Below are positions 43,895-54,516 of a stretch of DNA of 64,000 bases, in pieces. Position 1 is the first letter of the stretch. Every line of letters begins with the position of its first letter. Origin of the DNA: Histomonas meleagridis 2922-C6/04-290x (lineage: Eukaryota > Protista > Parabasalia); the NCBI GenBank assembly GCA_020184695.1, contig JAANOX010000037.1, positions 62,001 through 126,000 of the forward strand, in the 5' to 3' direction. Below the pieces are notes generated by a model. That model did no database searches, was not told the origin of the DNA, and saw only the letters and a list, made by a program, of their open reading frames with translations. Made by a program: the position numbers and the translations under genes.

Positions 43895-44749
43895 ATGAAA
43901 ACAACAACATTAAATAATGGAGTTGAAATTCCAATGTTAGGTTTTGGTGTCTACCAAATTCGTGATCCAAAGCAATGTAAAGAAATTGTTATTGAAGCCA
44001 TAAAAGCAGGATATCGATTAATTGATACAGCAGCATCTTATGGTAATGAAGAGGCTGTTGGAGAAGCCATTAAAGAATGTGGTGTTCCACGAGAAGAACT
44101 TTTTATCACCACAAAATTATTTGCACCCCAAAATGCTGGTTATGAAAAAACAAAAATAGCATTTGAAAAATCATTGAAAAGACTTGGGCTTGATTACATT
44201 GATCTATATTTAATCCATCTTCCATACGGAGATTATTATGGTTCATGGCGTGCAATGACAGAATTGTATGAATCTGGTAAAATCAGAGCAATTGGCGTTT
44301 CGAACTTTTATCCAGACCGCCTTTTGGATTTGGTTCTAAATAACAAAGTTGCCCCCGCAGTTAATCAAGTTGAATGTCATCCATTATATCAAAAAGAATA
44401 TGCACGTGTACATATGGAAGAATTGGGCGTTAAGTGTGAGGCATGGTCACCACTTGCTCAAGCCAAAAGAGGTGTCTTTGAAAATCCAATATTAATGGAA
44501 ATTGCAAAGAATCATAATAAAACAGTTGCACAAGTAATGCTTCGATGGAATATCCAAAGAGGTATAATTGTAATTCCAAAAACTGTTCATAAGGATCGTT
44601 TGCTTGAAAATTTGGATGTTTGGGATTTCGAAATCACAAAAGAAGAAATGGAGAAAATCGCAACTTTAGATACTGGTAAGAGCGAGCTAATCGACCATTA
44701 TGACCTTGAGCAAATAAAGGCAATTAGAGCCCGAAAATTTGATGATTAA
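43895..44749 (+). CDS. Aldo/keto reductase (2,5-diketo-D-gluconate reductase-like), bacterial type
   Basis: TLNNGVEIPMLGFGVYQI, IDTAASYGNEEAVGEAI, LFITTKL, LYLIH, IGVSNF, QVECHP; catalytic D/Y/K/H present. Confidence 0.93.
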   Translation: MKTTTLNNGVEIPMLGFGVYQIRDPKQCKEIVIEAIKAGYRLIDTAASYGNEEAVGEAIKECGVPREELFITTKLFAPQNAGYEKTKIAFEKSLKRLGLDYIDLYLIHLPYGDYYGSWRAMTELYESGKIRAIGVSNFYPDRLLDLVLNNKVAPAVNQVECHPLYQKEYARVHMEELGVKCEAWSPLAQAKRGVFENPILMEIAKNHNKTVAQVMLRWNIQRGIIVIPKTVHKDRLLENLDVWDFEITKEEMEKIATLDTGKSELIDHYDLEQIKAIRARKFDD

Positions 44750-45168
44750 ACAAAAACACGTATTGATTTTACTTAAATATGTAATCAAATCATTAAATAA
44801 AAGTAAATGAAATGTTTTGTTACATATGTAAAGCAATAGTGACACAATAAAAATGGAAATTAATTTAATTTCAAACAACAATTTATATTCGGAGAATGTC
44901 CAATACAAACTAACACAAAATTGGCTATAGCAATATCACCCAAAACAATTTTTTTTTTTATTTTTAATTTTTGGTTTTTGTATTTTTTAAAAAATGATCT
45001 CCAATATAGCCACTTGTAATATCAACTAACCAGTTTGTTAGTTGGTATACTAGCACACTTATATTTGTATCTAAAGTGAAAATAATATTTTGCTAGCAGC
45101 TTTATAAAGCTTTGTTTTGGATTTTTTCTTTGGAGGTGCAAACAAAGTTTCTCAATTCCTCTGCCAAA

Positions 45169-45534
45169 ATGGAACAAGAAGCATTTGCAATTTCTGAAAA
45201 CGTTGCCAATGTTTTCTTTTCTAAGCTGTCTTCCAATAAAAAAGAAGCAATGGATTATTATAGTCAAAATTCTCAGTTATGCTTTAATGGACATTCAATT
45301 GTGGGAAAAACAAATATATCTTCTTTTTGGGAAAATGAAAAATCACAATCATTTAAGACAAAAGGGTTTGAAACGCAGATTATACCTGGTTCAAATTTAT
45401 GGACAATGACTTCAATTATTGGAACTGTTATGGTAAACAACAAAATCAAAACGTTCCACTCTTCTGTACACATTTATGCCGACACTTCAAAGCAAAAGGC
45501 ATTTATTGTGAATCAAACAATTTCAATTTATTAA
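45169..45534 (+). CDS. NTF2-like domain protein
   Basis: YYSQNSQLCFNGHSIVGKTNI..., IIGTVMV, AFIVNQTISI; NTF2 size and pattern. Confidence 0.75.
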   Translation: MEQEAFAISENVANVFFSKLSSNKKEAMDYYSQNSQLCFNGHSIVGKTNISSFWENEKSQSFKTKGFETQIIPGSNLWTMTSIIGTVMVNNKIKTFHSSVHIYADTSKQKAFIVNQTISIY

Positions 45535-48439
45535 ATCATGATTTAAAAATAATTTCACCTCTATATTTAACATTAATTTGAAACTTGAAGTACACAACAT
45601 TTAAACATAAATACTGAAATTATTTATCTAAATTTGATTTTCTCTTTTGCATCATCAAAAAATCGAGTTGAAGAAATAACTTAATAAAAATTGCTTTTTT
45701 CTTTATTTATGGAAAATTTTTTAAAAAAATTTAAAATGTTTTCCAAAACTCAAGTTGGAACAGCTTCTCAACTTCTGATTTTTATTCTTTTTTTCATTCA
45801 AATTTAAATATGAGCCGCTTAAGTATTATAGCAAAGGCAAAAATCAAATCCCAATTTAAAAATATTATTCATTTGGTTTTTTTCTGTGTCAATTCCCCTA
45901 TCTAATCTTATCATTAATTTTGATAAAATTTAACAATCATCATTTTGGTAAAGAAAATATTATTAAAATGTTAATTATATGTTCCTCATACTAGGGGTAC
46001 CTTAAATAACGGTACCGTTGCCACTTTTAAATCAGAGCGGTTATTATCGTAATCACAAAATATCTTCTAATATAGGAGTGACTTTTTTCTATTTTTCTCT
46101 TAAAACATAATATAATTAATGTATCGCTCGTATTCTGAAGAACTTTTATGCCGCCATGTGACTAGAAATATTATTTTTATTAATTAAAATTTGTAATGTA
46201 ATTTAGTACAGTGAAAAATACCTTTGAACAAGAAAAAACTCCAATTTTTCAAAAGGGGTTAAATTTAACAAAAAGTGATTAAGAAAATGCATCGTCATAT
46301 ATTGTCAATATTTTCTATGAGTTTATTCAATTTTTGATATTGTTTCATAAAAAAAATTTTAAAAAGTAGGTTTCATCATATGTGGTATATTTCAGCACAT
46401 GTAATTCAGGCGCATTTTTCTCAAAACTGGACGCCTGAAATATTTTAAAAATCTGTATAATATTAATGCAGTTTGCAGAGCTAGATATATCCTTAAATAA
46501 AAAATCTTACAGAGGGAAATCTTATAATGCATTGTTTAATGAAAAATTAATTAAAAAAAAAGTTATTTTAACTCAGCCTATATAATTATTTTTCAATATT
46601 TGCATTTAATATAATATTGGCAATACATTTATACATAATGTATCTCAAAATAATTTCATAAAATTAATGAGAAAAAATTTTTTATTGAGTATTCGGTTTT
46701 TCATAAGGGATCATTTTTTCTAAGCGCTATTTTGTTTCTTTATTATAATACATTTTGTGAGCATATATTCTAAATATAAACTCTATTAACACATTTTGGA
46801 TAAAGATAAATTCATTTAAAATTGAAGACGTTAAATCAGTTCACATTGAAAATTTCCATTATCTTCATTAAATATCCTGTTCGTATCTTTTTCCTTGTAT
46901 GGATATCTTTATAATCATCAGCACTGTAAGGTATATGAGGAGCTATCGTATCAGCACAACTTGGTATTGCTTTTAATCTTCCAAGTTCAATATCTTTCCC
47001 ATGTTTTGCAAAATATTGGATAGTTTTTATTGATATTGAAGGATTCGGATTGCTAATATAATCTAATAAGGCTGATCTGATTTGCTTCTTTATTTCATCA
47101 CTGAGAGGATTGCTTTCATTGGCTATTCAAGACGAACCAATTCCTGGTTAAGTTGCAGTGAAAAGAGAAAAAAATTTGAATTATAACGTTCTCCTCAGTG
47201 AAGTGATCGAAAGATAGGATTATTGCGAATATTTCAAATTTAAATACAATGAAACTATGTAAAATATATATTATTAAATATACTATATATGAATAATGCT
47301 ACAGTATTTGCTTAACTTATTTTATAATTTCTGTCTATAGAATGTTTCATGCAAGCCCACATTTTAAACGGTTTCCTAGACGGTTGTTCTGAATTTTTTT
47401 GGTCTTAAACAATTTGAAATCTTTGTAAAATTTCATTATAAGTATGTTTTTGATAATGAAAGTAAAATGCTTGAAAGCCTAATTAGGATGTAGGAAATTA
47501 ATTTTTGATGGGGTAGACTTCAAATCGAATTTTTTTCATTAAGGAAAAATAAATTATGTTTGTAGGCAACTCGCACTTTATTTATTAAAGAATAACATGT
47601 TATTTTTTCCAATAAAAATTATTTTAGTCATTAGTAATGTAACTTATATATTTGAAGAAATGATATTGTTCAAAGATTCCTTCCCCTTTTGCAACAAGTT
47701 AATCAACTTCATTTAAGATATAAATATTTTTTTCAAGGTTTTGTAATATCTGGATGTTTTCTTTGTATTTGATAGTCTGGCTATGAGATAATTCCATCAA
47801 CAAAAATTTTTTGGGCTTTTTTCTACGAACTTTTTGTATACAAAATCATCTTAAATGGCAACAACTTTTTGAATATCCGAAATGATAGTTCAGGAAAAAG
47901 ACTAAAGTCACTTTTGGAATAAACTGAAAATCAAAATACGAATAACGATAAAGCTTTTTGTAAGGCAATGTTCAACGTTGAATTTGAGGTTAATTGGAGA
48001 CCAAATAATAACAGAAAAAATCGAGAATAATATGAAAATATTTATAAACTGATTTATAAGAGTTTGCATATTTGTGTTCTTTTTAACATATTAATATGAT
48101 TTTAGGTATTAGCAAAATCGAAATTCTAACACAACTTCTGTCTAAAAAAAGTCAATTAATTAAAATATATTAAGAAATAAAAAAATGCATGTTCATTTTC
48201 ACCTAAGTAACTGAAAGTATGATTCCAAGTTTAACTCTGACTAAAATTTATTACATTTCTTATGGAACAATGCCATCATATAATTTACGTAAATTATAAT
48301 CAAATGCTTGTCATATGGAATTCATTTCTTTTCTTTACTGAACATAACGTGCAAATGTTTAACATAATTCCAATTCGATTATATTCACACTGCATAAATA
48401 CATTTACTTAAGGAAATACTTTTTATTAGTATAATTAAG

Positions 48440-49145
48440 TTCTGATTCCAATTATATAATCGTCAATGAAAACTTCCTCGAACATTTCTTCTGGCTTTGT
48501 AGCACTGAAGACGGCGATTCTTCCATCGATGGGTTGATGACCGGTTATTTGCTACGTTTGGATTACTTTTATCTCCAAAGAAGAGAATGTCTCCGCACTT
48601 AACGAGTAATTCTTGAGTTACCTCTTTACCACGTGTTAACCAATAAGAAGTTGGGTAAATGAACATGTCTTCATTTTCCAATTTCCCTTATAAGTAACCT
48701 TTTCCCCATTTGTAGATGGCAGCAATTAAATTATCATCAGTGTACTTATCTAGTCCATAAGCGCCTTTAGCATATGTAACACCCTTTAAAGTAACTGTAT
48801 ATTTGGCAAGTGTGTTTTGTCCATAATGAGAATAATCTTGTTCCTTACCGATGTAATGATTTGAGACATAACCAACTTTTGGTTGATCATAAGAGTTATA
48901 CCCACAGCTTAAGCTAATCGATCACTGCTTATTTTGTATTCATCTTCAACAAATACTGCTACATAATCACTCCATGTGTAACTACATCTTGAAGAGAGGC
49001 TGGTATTGACTTCATTGACTGTGTAATGGGCTGCAACTTCAGTAAGAGTATCATCTAATGAAATATATCCGCCGGTATGGTCATAAATAATCTGTGCAAA
49101 ATCTCCTGATTTGATGATTTGCTGAAGTATTTTAATTTGCTTCCA
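48440..49145 (-). pseudogene. Decayed coding fragment of unknown family
   Basis: Higher-GC tract with long stop-poor stretches in shifting frames (YDHTGGYISLDD..., GYVSNHYIGKEQDYSHYGQ..., IYPTSYWLTRG..GDILFFGD). Confidence 0.5.
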
Positions 49146-49451
49146 TTATTGTAGAATTTAAATAAAAACAAAGCGTTAAATAAATTTTTATTAAATTTTG
49201 TTATCAGGGAGATACCTAAAACTAATAAAGTGATAATGCATTTAGAAGATTGTGAGATTTGTTCGGAATTGTTCTGGCAAACTCGAATTTAAATCATAAT
49301 TGAATAAATTTATACGATGTATACACATGAAGTGTATTTCTACCAAATTTATCTTTTCTTATTCCTAATGATGTGTGAAATGACCATTTATGTATTCAAA
49401 ACCATAAACGTGCGCCTTTTATTTGGAAGAAAAAAAATTCTATCGAACCAC

Positions 49452-50717
49452 ATGAATACACTTACCACACTCCAAAATTTAATATTCGATTTAACCGAGG
49501 AAAGTCTTGAGTCTTCCACTCAACAAATAATAAAATTATTTGACGTAAATTACCCCTATTCATTTAATTTTGTTTTAAGCAGGTTAATTTATAGTGCATT
49601 TTGTTCACACGTAAAAAAATGTGATGATAATGTATATATAAATTTTATTGAATTAATGCAACAAAAGGAAAAAGAAATTATTAAAAATAATTTTCAAATA
49701 ATTGAAATTTGTTGTAATGTTTTAATCAAATTTAATTCTCAAGAATCATATTATTTTATAGAAAAAATTATTGAGAAGAATTTAGTTGATACCAGCATTA
49801 CAAGAAATATTAATAGTTTATATTTTTCACATTATAAAACAGATAAAGAAAACCAAAAAATTATTCATAAAATTACTCAAAAATATAATAGTTTTAATTT
49901 GGTTCAAAAATACTTTTTGGATAATTATGAAAAATTATCAAAGAATGATTTTAAACTTCATAAGCAATTAATTAAAGAAGGAGTTAATCCAAATGAAATT
50001 GCTAAGATAATTCGAAATGATGAAATAGAAAAACTTCAAGAAATATCATCACAAACAAATTTTGATTTTAATCAAACAATTGAACCATCACTTTATGAAA
50101 GATGTTCATTTATTAATGAAGAAAATGTTACATTAATTGATTATGCAGCATTTTTTTCTTCTGTTAAATGTTTTAAATATTTACTTATGAATAATACAAA
50201 TGTAGTTAATACAGGCAAATATGCAATTGCAGGTGGAAATGAAGAAATTATTCATTTATGTGAACAAAATCATTCAACATTTAAAGATGCATATGAAGCA
50301 GCAATAGAATTTCATCGAAATGATATCTTTAAATATCTTTATGAAAACAATATAGAAGAAATTGATAATAAAAAAATCAATTACCTAAGGATAATATGCA
50401 TAGAATATAACAATTATGAACTCTTAACATTTTTAGACAAATGGGATACATGTATTTCTAATTATGTTATCAACAATGCTGCAAAGACAGGTAATTTAAT
50501 GCTTGTTAATTTTTATCTTCAAAATAATCAAATTCTCAATGATATTTTGGTAATCTCCTCGAAATCTGGAAATAGAGAACTTGTTAAGTATTTTCTCGAA
50601 CAAGGAATTGATGTTAATAGTAAAGATTTTTATTTGTTTTATTTGATATTTCTTTTAATAATTTTTAATTTCAAAATAACATTTGGAAATCATTTTGAAT
50701 ATTTTATACATCACTAA
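49452..50717 (+). CDS. DUF3447-type ankyrin-repeat protein, first coding block of split locus H
   Basis: Family motifs as above; likely start MNTLTTLQN at 49452 (ORF track starts 49317); runs through the first spacer and stops out of frame in cassette 1. Confidence 0.85.
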   Translation: MNTLTTLQNLIFDLTEESLESSTQQIIKLFDVNYPYSFNFVLSRLIYSAFCSHVKKCDDNVYINFIELMQQKEKEIIKNNFQIIEICCNVLIKFNSQESYYFIEKIIEKNLVDTSITRNINSLYFSHYKTDKENQKIIHKITQKYNSFNLVQKYFLDNYEKLSKNDFKLHKQLIKEGVNPNEIAKIIRNDEIEKLQEISSQTNFDFNQTIEPSLYERCSFINEENVTLIDYAAFFSSVKCFKYLLMNNTNVVNTGKYAIAGGNEEIIHLCEQNHSTFKDAYEAAIEFHRNDIFKYLYENNIEEIDNKKINYLRIICIEYNNYELLTFLDKWDTCISNYVINNAAKTGNLMLVNFYLQNNQILNDILVISSKSGNRELVKYFLEQGIDVNSKDFYLFYLIFLLIIFNFKITFGNHFEYFIHH

Positions 50718-52304
50718 ATTTAGCATCTAAAGAAGATGATTCAGACATAGTTAAATTACTTCTTGAACAAAAAGGAATTGATATTAATGCTAAAGATATT
50801 TGTTTGTTTAATTTGATATTTATTTTAATATTTTGATATTTCAAAATGATACTTGGAAATTATTTAAATTATTTGAAACAGCACTTATGATTGCATCTAT
50901 CGAAGGTGATAAAGAAATAGTTAAATTACTCCTGAAACATAAAGGAATTGATGTCAATGCCAAAGATATTTATTTATTTTATTAGCTATTTTCTTAAATA
51001 ATTTTTTATTTTAAATTAATATTTGGAAATTCTTTAAATTGTTCTTAACAGCTCTTAGTATTGCAACCACAAGAGGATACACAGAAATAGTTAAATTGCT
51101 TCTTGAGCTAGATGGAATTGATGTTAATACTAAAGATATTTAATTATTTTATTTGATATTTATTTTTATAATTTGATTTTTCATAATATAACATGGAATA
51201 TATTTAAATTATTTGATACAGCACTCTTTTTTGCATATATACATAAAAATATAATAATATTCAAAATGCTTCTTAAACAAAAAGGGATTGATATTAATGT
51301 TATATATATTTGTTTCGATAATTTTCACTCTCAAAATTGTATTTCGTAATTATTTAAACTATTTTTCACAATACTTATGGATGCATCAGAAAAAGGTAAC
51401 ATAGAAATTGTTAAATTACTTCTTAAACAAGAAGGGATTGATATCAATTTTAAAAATGTTTATTTGTTTTATTCGATATTTATTTTAATAATTTTTTATT
51501 TGAAAATAAAATAAGGAAATTATTTAAATTCTTTGATTCAGCACTTATTTTGGCAACTCAAAATAGTCATGTAAAAATAGTTAAATTGCTTCTTGAGAAA
51601 GAAGGAATTAATATAAATATCAAAGATTTCTATCTGTCTAATATATAAATTATTGTAATAATTTAATATTATAATATAATATTTGGAAACTATTTCAAAC
51701 ATTTGAAACAGCACTTATTATTGCATCTTTCGATGGGAATACTGAAATAGTTAAATTACTTCTTGAAAAAGAAGGAATAGATGTTAATTTTAAAACTATT
51801 TATTTGTTTTGTTTGATGTTTGTTGGATGAATATAATATTCCAAAATCATATTTGGAAATTATTCAAAATATTTTGTACACCACTTAATATTGTATCAGC
51901 AAATGGAATTATAGAAGTCGTTAAATTGCTTATTGAACATGAAGAAATTAATGTTAATGCTACAGATATTTATTTATATTATTTGATATTTATTTTAATA
52001 ATTTGATATTTCAAAATAATATTTGGAAATTATTTGAGATATTTAGAACAGCACTTATTTTAGCATCTTTAAATGGTCATATAGAAATAGTTAAATTACT
52101 TCTTGAACATGAAGGAATTGATATTACTGCTAAAGATATTAATGCGTTTTAATTAAAATTTATTTACAAAATTTGATATTACAAAATAATATTTGGTAAC
52201 AGCATAATACATTTAATACAGCACTTATTTATGCAACACAAAAAGGTTTCACAGAAATTATTAAATTAATTCATTTAAAAAAAAAAAAAATTAATGAATG
52301 CTAA
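50628..52304 (+). repeat. Split-ankyrin array H: ten spacers (nine of 80 nt, one of 60 nt) and ten cassettes
   Basis: Cassette first codons at 50708, 50878, 51048, 51218, 51368, 51538, 51708, 51878, 52048 and 52218. A further decayed unit lies near 52400. Confidence 0.95.
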
Positions 52305-52739
52305 TTATATTAATGTGTTTTATTTAAAATTTATTTCAATTATTTAGTTTTGTGATAATTCAAAAAATTACTTGGGAATTGATTAAAATATTGGAAAGGA
52401 AACTTATTATTGCATCTAAAAGTGAATATACTAGTCTTTTTTTAACTTGCTGGTAAATGTGATATCAAAAAATATATATGTTTAATATATAATATATGGT
52501 CAAGTCAACTTTTAATAATAATTTTGTTCGAAGGAAATTTTCATATTTTACCAGCAATTATAAAACGTGTGCGCACGATTCTCCCACATAAATAGCGCTT
52601 TATTTGAAAAAGTTCAACATAATTTACCTAGATACATATATATATATATAAAGATAAATATAAAACTAATAAAATAACACATTTACCTTATATCAAAATA
52701 AATATAATCAAAATCAAATTCAAAATTTATTATATTGAA

Positions 52740-53390
52740 GGGAGTTCAACTTTTCGAATGGCTTCTAGCCATACTTCTTTAGCTTTACATTTTTTTATAA
52801 TTGCGCCCAGTTTGATTATATATTTGACAATGCTTTGACCCAAAACTTGAACTACCTTCTGGAATAAATTTAAGTATTTTTATGAAATTTCCCTCTACAA
52901 GATTTAATTCCTATTTCATCAGTGGCAATGTGTTCAAATGAATCATTACTCTTTTTCAAGAGGATCGAATGAAGCCATAACTTTTTTGAATTTATCCTGA
53001 CTTCTGCTTTCCAATTCATATAATGGTGTTCTTTTTGCCCTAAGTAAAACAAATCTTTCATGAGAAATTAAATGTGTAATTTCTTATGAAGAATTTATAC
53101 CTTCATGTTGATAAATAAAGTTTTGTTGATTTAGTACCCATTCATTTGCGATTTTAATATTATCTATTTATAAATTATTCATTTCTAGAACGTCTATTAT
53201 ATGTGAACATGGGATACCAACATGCAGTTGTTTATTGCAATTACAGGTTAAATCATGAACCTTAAAGATCTCAGAATATTTATCGCCATTTTTGAATGTA
53301 TATTCTTCACTATTTACATAATCATCACAAAGAAGCATTCCTTGAAAAGGGTGCTTGTTTCTGGCATACCTCGGTGCTGTAAGCAATTTC
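52740..53390 (-). mobile_element. MULE/Mutator-like transposase remnant (SWIM zinc finger)
   Basis: TCNCNKQLHVGIPCSHII fits the CxC..CxH SWIM motif, preceded by EYTFKNGDKYSEIFKVH; fragmented frames. Confidence 0.55.
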
Positions 53391-53637
53391 TCAATGTAAA
53401 AATTTTCTTATTTTTTAAAATATTTTAAGTTCCAACTCAAATGTATCTTTATTAGGATTAACAAATGTATTATTTGAAGAAGTTATTTTAAGACATGACT
53501 TAAATGAAAGATTGATAGGTTTAAACATACGGCAATATAATCAGGTTCAGATTAATTAAAAATATAAACTCTTTACACAAAAATGGAAAAACTTTTAATT
53601 ACAACGATAAGCAGCCGTTTATTTTTTGGCAGATTTA

Positions 53638-54516
53638 ATGTCTTCTGTTCTCGAAGCTGTTGAGGCTTTTTTCTATTCACCAATGTGGGTCGATACAATA
53701 AAAGACTTTGTTCTTGCCAATTGTTTTATTTTTACTGGGGAAGAAGAGTTTTCACTTGAACATTTAAAATGCCACAAGAAATTCTGTGAAATTATCGAAA
53801 ATACTCTCAAAATATATCTATTAGATATCATTGGAGTTTCTTTTGAAGATTTTCAAAAAGCATGTTTTGAATCATATGGAAAAAAAGATTCAATTGCATC
53901 AATTGTAATTGGTGTCCTTAAACAAGCCACTGACTTTCAATACTTTGCGGCCAAGATGTATGCTTATAATCTTGCACTTGACAGTGAAGCCGCAGCTTCA
54001 TTCCTAATTAGAGGTGATGATGAAAATGCTTTCTTTGTCACAGAAAGCACTGCTGTTGAAGAAGCACGGCTAGCAGATCAAGAGGCACAGCTCGCTACCT
54101 CCAGGCTCAACAAGTTCGAAAACGACCTCGGAATTCCAGAGTCGAAAATTTCGGATGAACTAACGGTCGATTCGAATGGGGGCGAACAAACGCAAAACCA
54201 AGTTAATCCAGCACAAGAGCCTCCAAAGACACCAAAAATATCCGATGAAGAAAGAGCAGTAATGAAGAAGAGAATACAAGCGGAAAGAGAAAAGATTAAT
54301 AAAAGTATCGATCCAAAGGAAGCCGAAAAAAGGAAAGAAGCATTCCAAAAGAGAAAACAAGAACTCGCAGAGCAGAAGAGAGCAAAGTGTAGAGAACAGA
54401 TTGATTTGAACTTGAAAAAACATGAAAAACCAGTTGTTCAACCAGAAGAAGATCCAATTGAAGCAATTAAGCGAGCACTTGCTGGCCGCATAAAAACAAT
54501 AATTGAAGAGGATTAA
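53638..54516 (+). CDS. CFAP36: CFAP36/CCDC104-like protein (BART domain plus coiled coil)
   Basis: SPMWVDTIKDFVLANC..F..EEEFSLEHLKCHKKF..IIENTL..YL..IG...FQKAC...DFQYFAAKM. Confidence 0.75.
   Translation: MSSVLEAVEAFFYSPMWVDTIKDFVLANCFIFTGEEEFSLEHLKCHKKFCEIIENTLKIYLLDIIGVSFEDFQKACFESYGKKDSIASIVIGVLKQATDFQYFAAKMYAYNLALDSEAAASFLIRGDDENAFFVTESTAVEEARLADQEAQLATSRLNKFENDLGIPESKISDELTVDSNGGEQTQNQVNPAQEPPKTPKISDEERAVMKKRIQAEREKINKSIDPKEAEKRKEAFQKRKQELAEQKRAKCREQIDLNLKKHEKPVVQPEEDPIEAIKRALAGRIKTIIEED

Noticed and set aside
50798-50881. Canonical GT-AG intron model for the ankyrin spacers (TGT...ACAG gives an 80-nt in-frame removal in one unit)
   Set aside because: GT at that offset occurs in only 2 of 16 spacers in loci C and H. 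The AG is just the ACA-GCA (Thr-Ala) codon junction and is absent in 5 of 16 (TP, TS, TI, ACT). Using it would delete the conserved T-A/P of the ankyrin motif. No branch motif like that of the real 23-nt intron is present.
52010-52040. Conserved hairpin AAATAAT-ATTTGGAA-ATTATTT in the spacer as a structural signal
   Set aside because: It is perfect in only some units with no convincing compensatory changes, and such stems arise easily in 90% AT DNA. It was not promoted to a feature.
50628-52304. Sequencing or assembly indel errors as the cause of the broken frames
   Set aside because: The breaks are whole 60-80 nt blocks at exact periodicity in several loci and on both strands, while neighbouring genes are intact.
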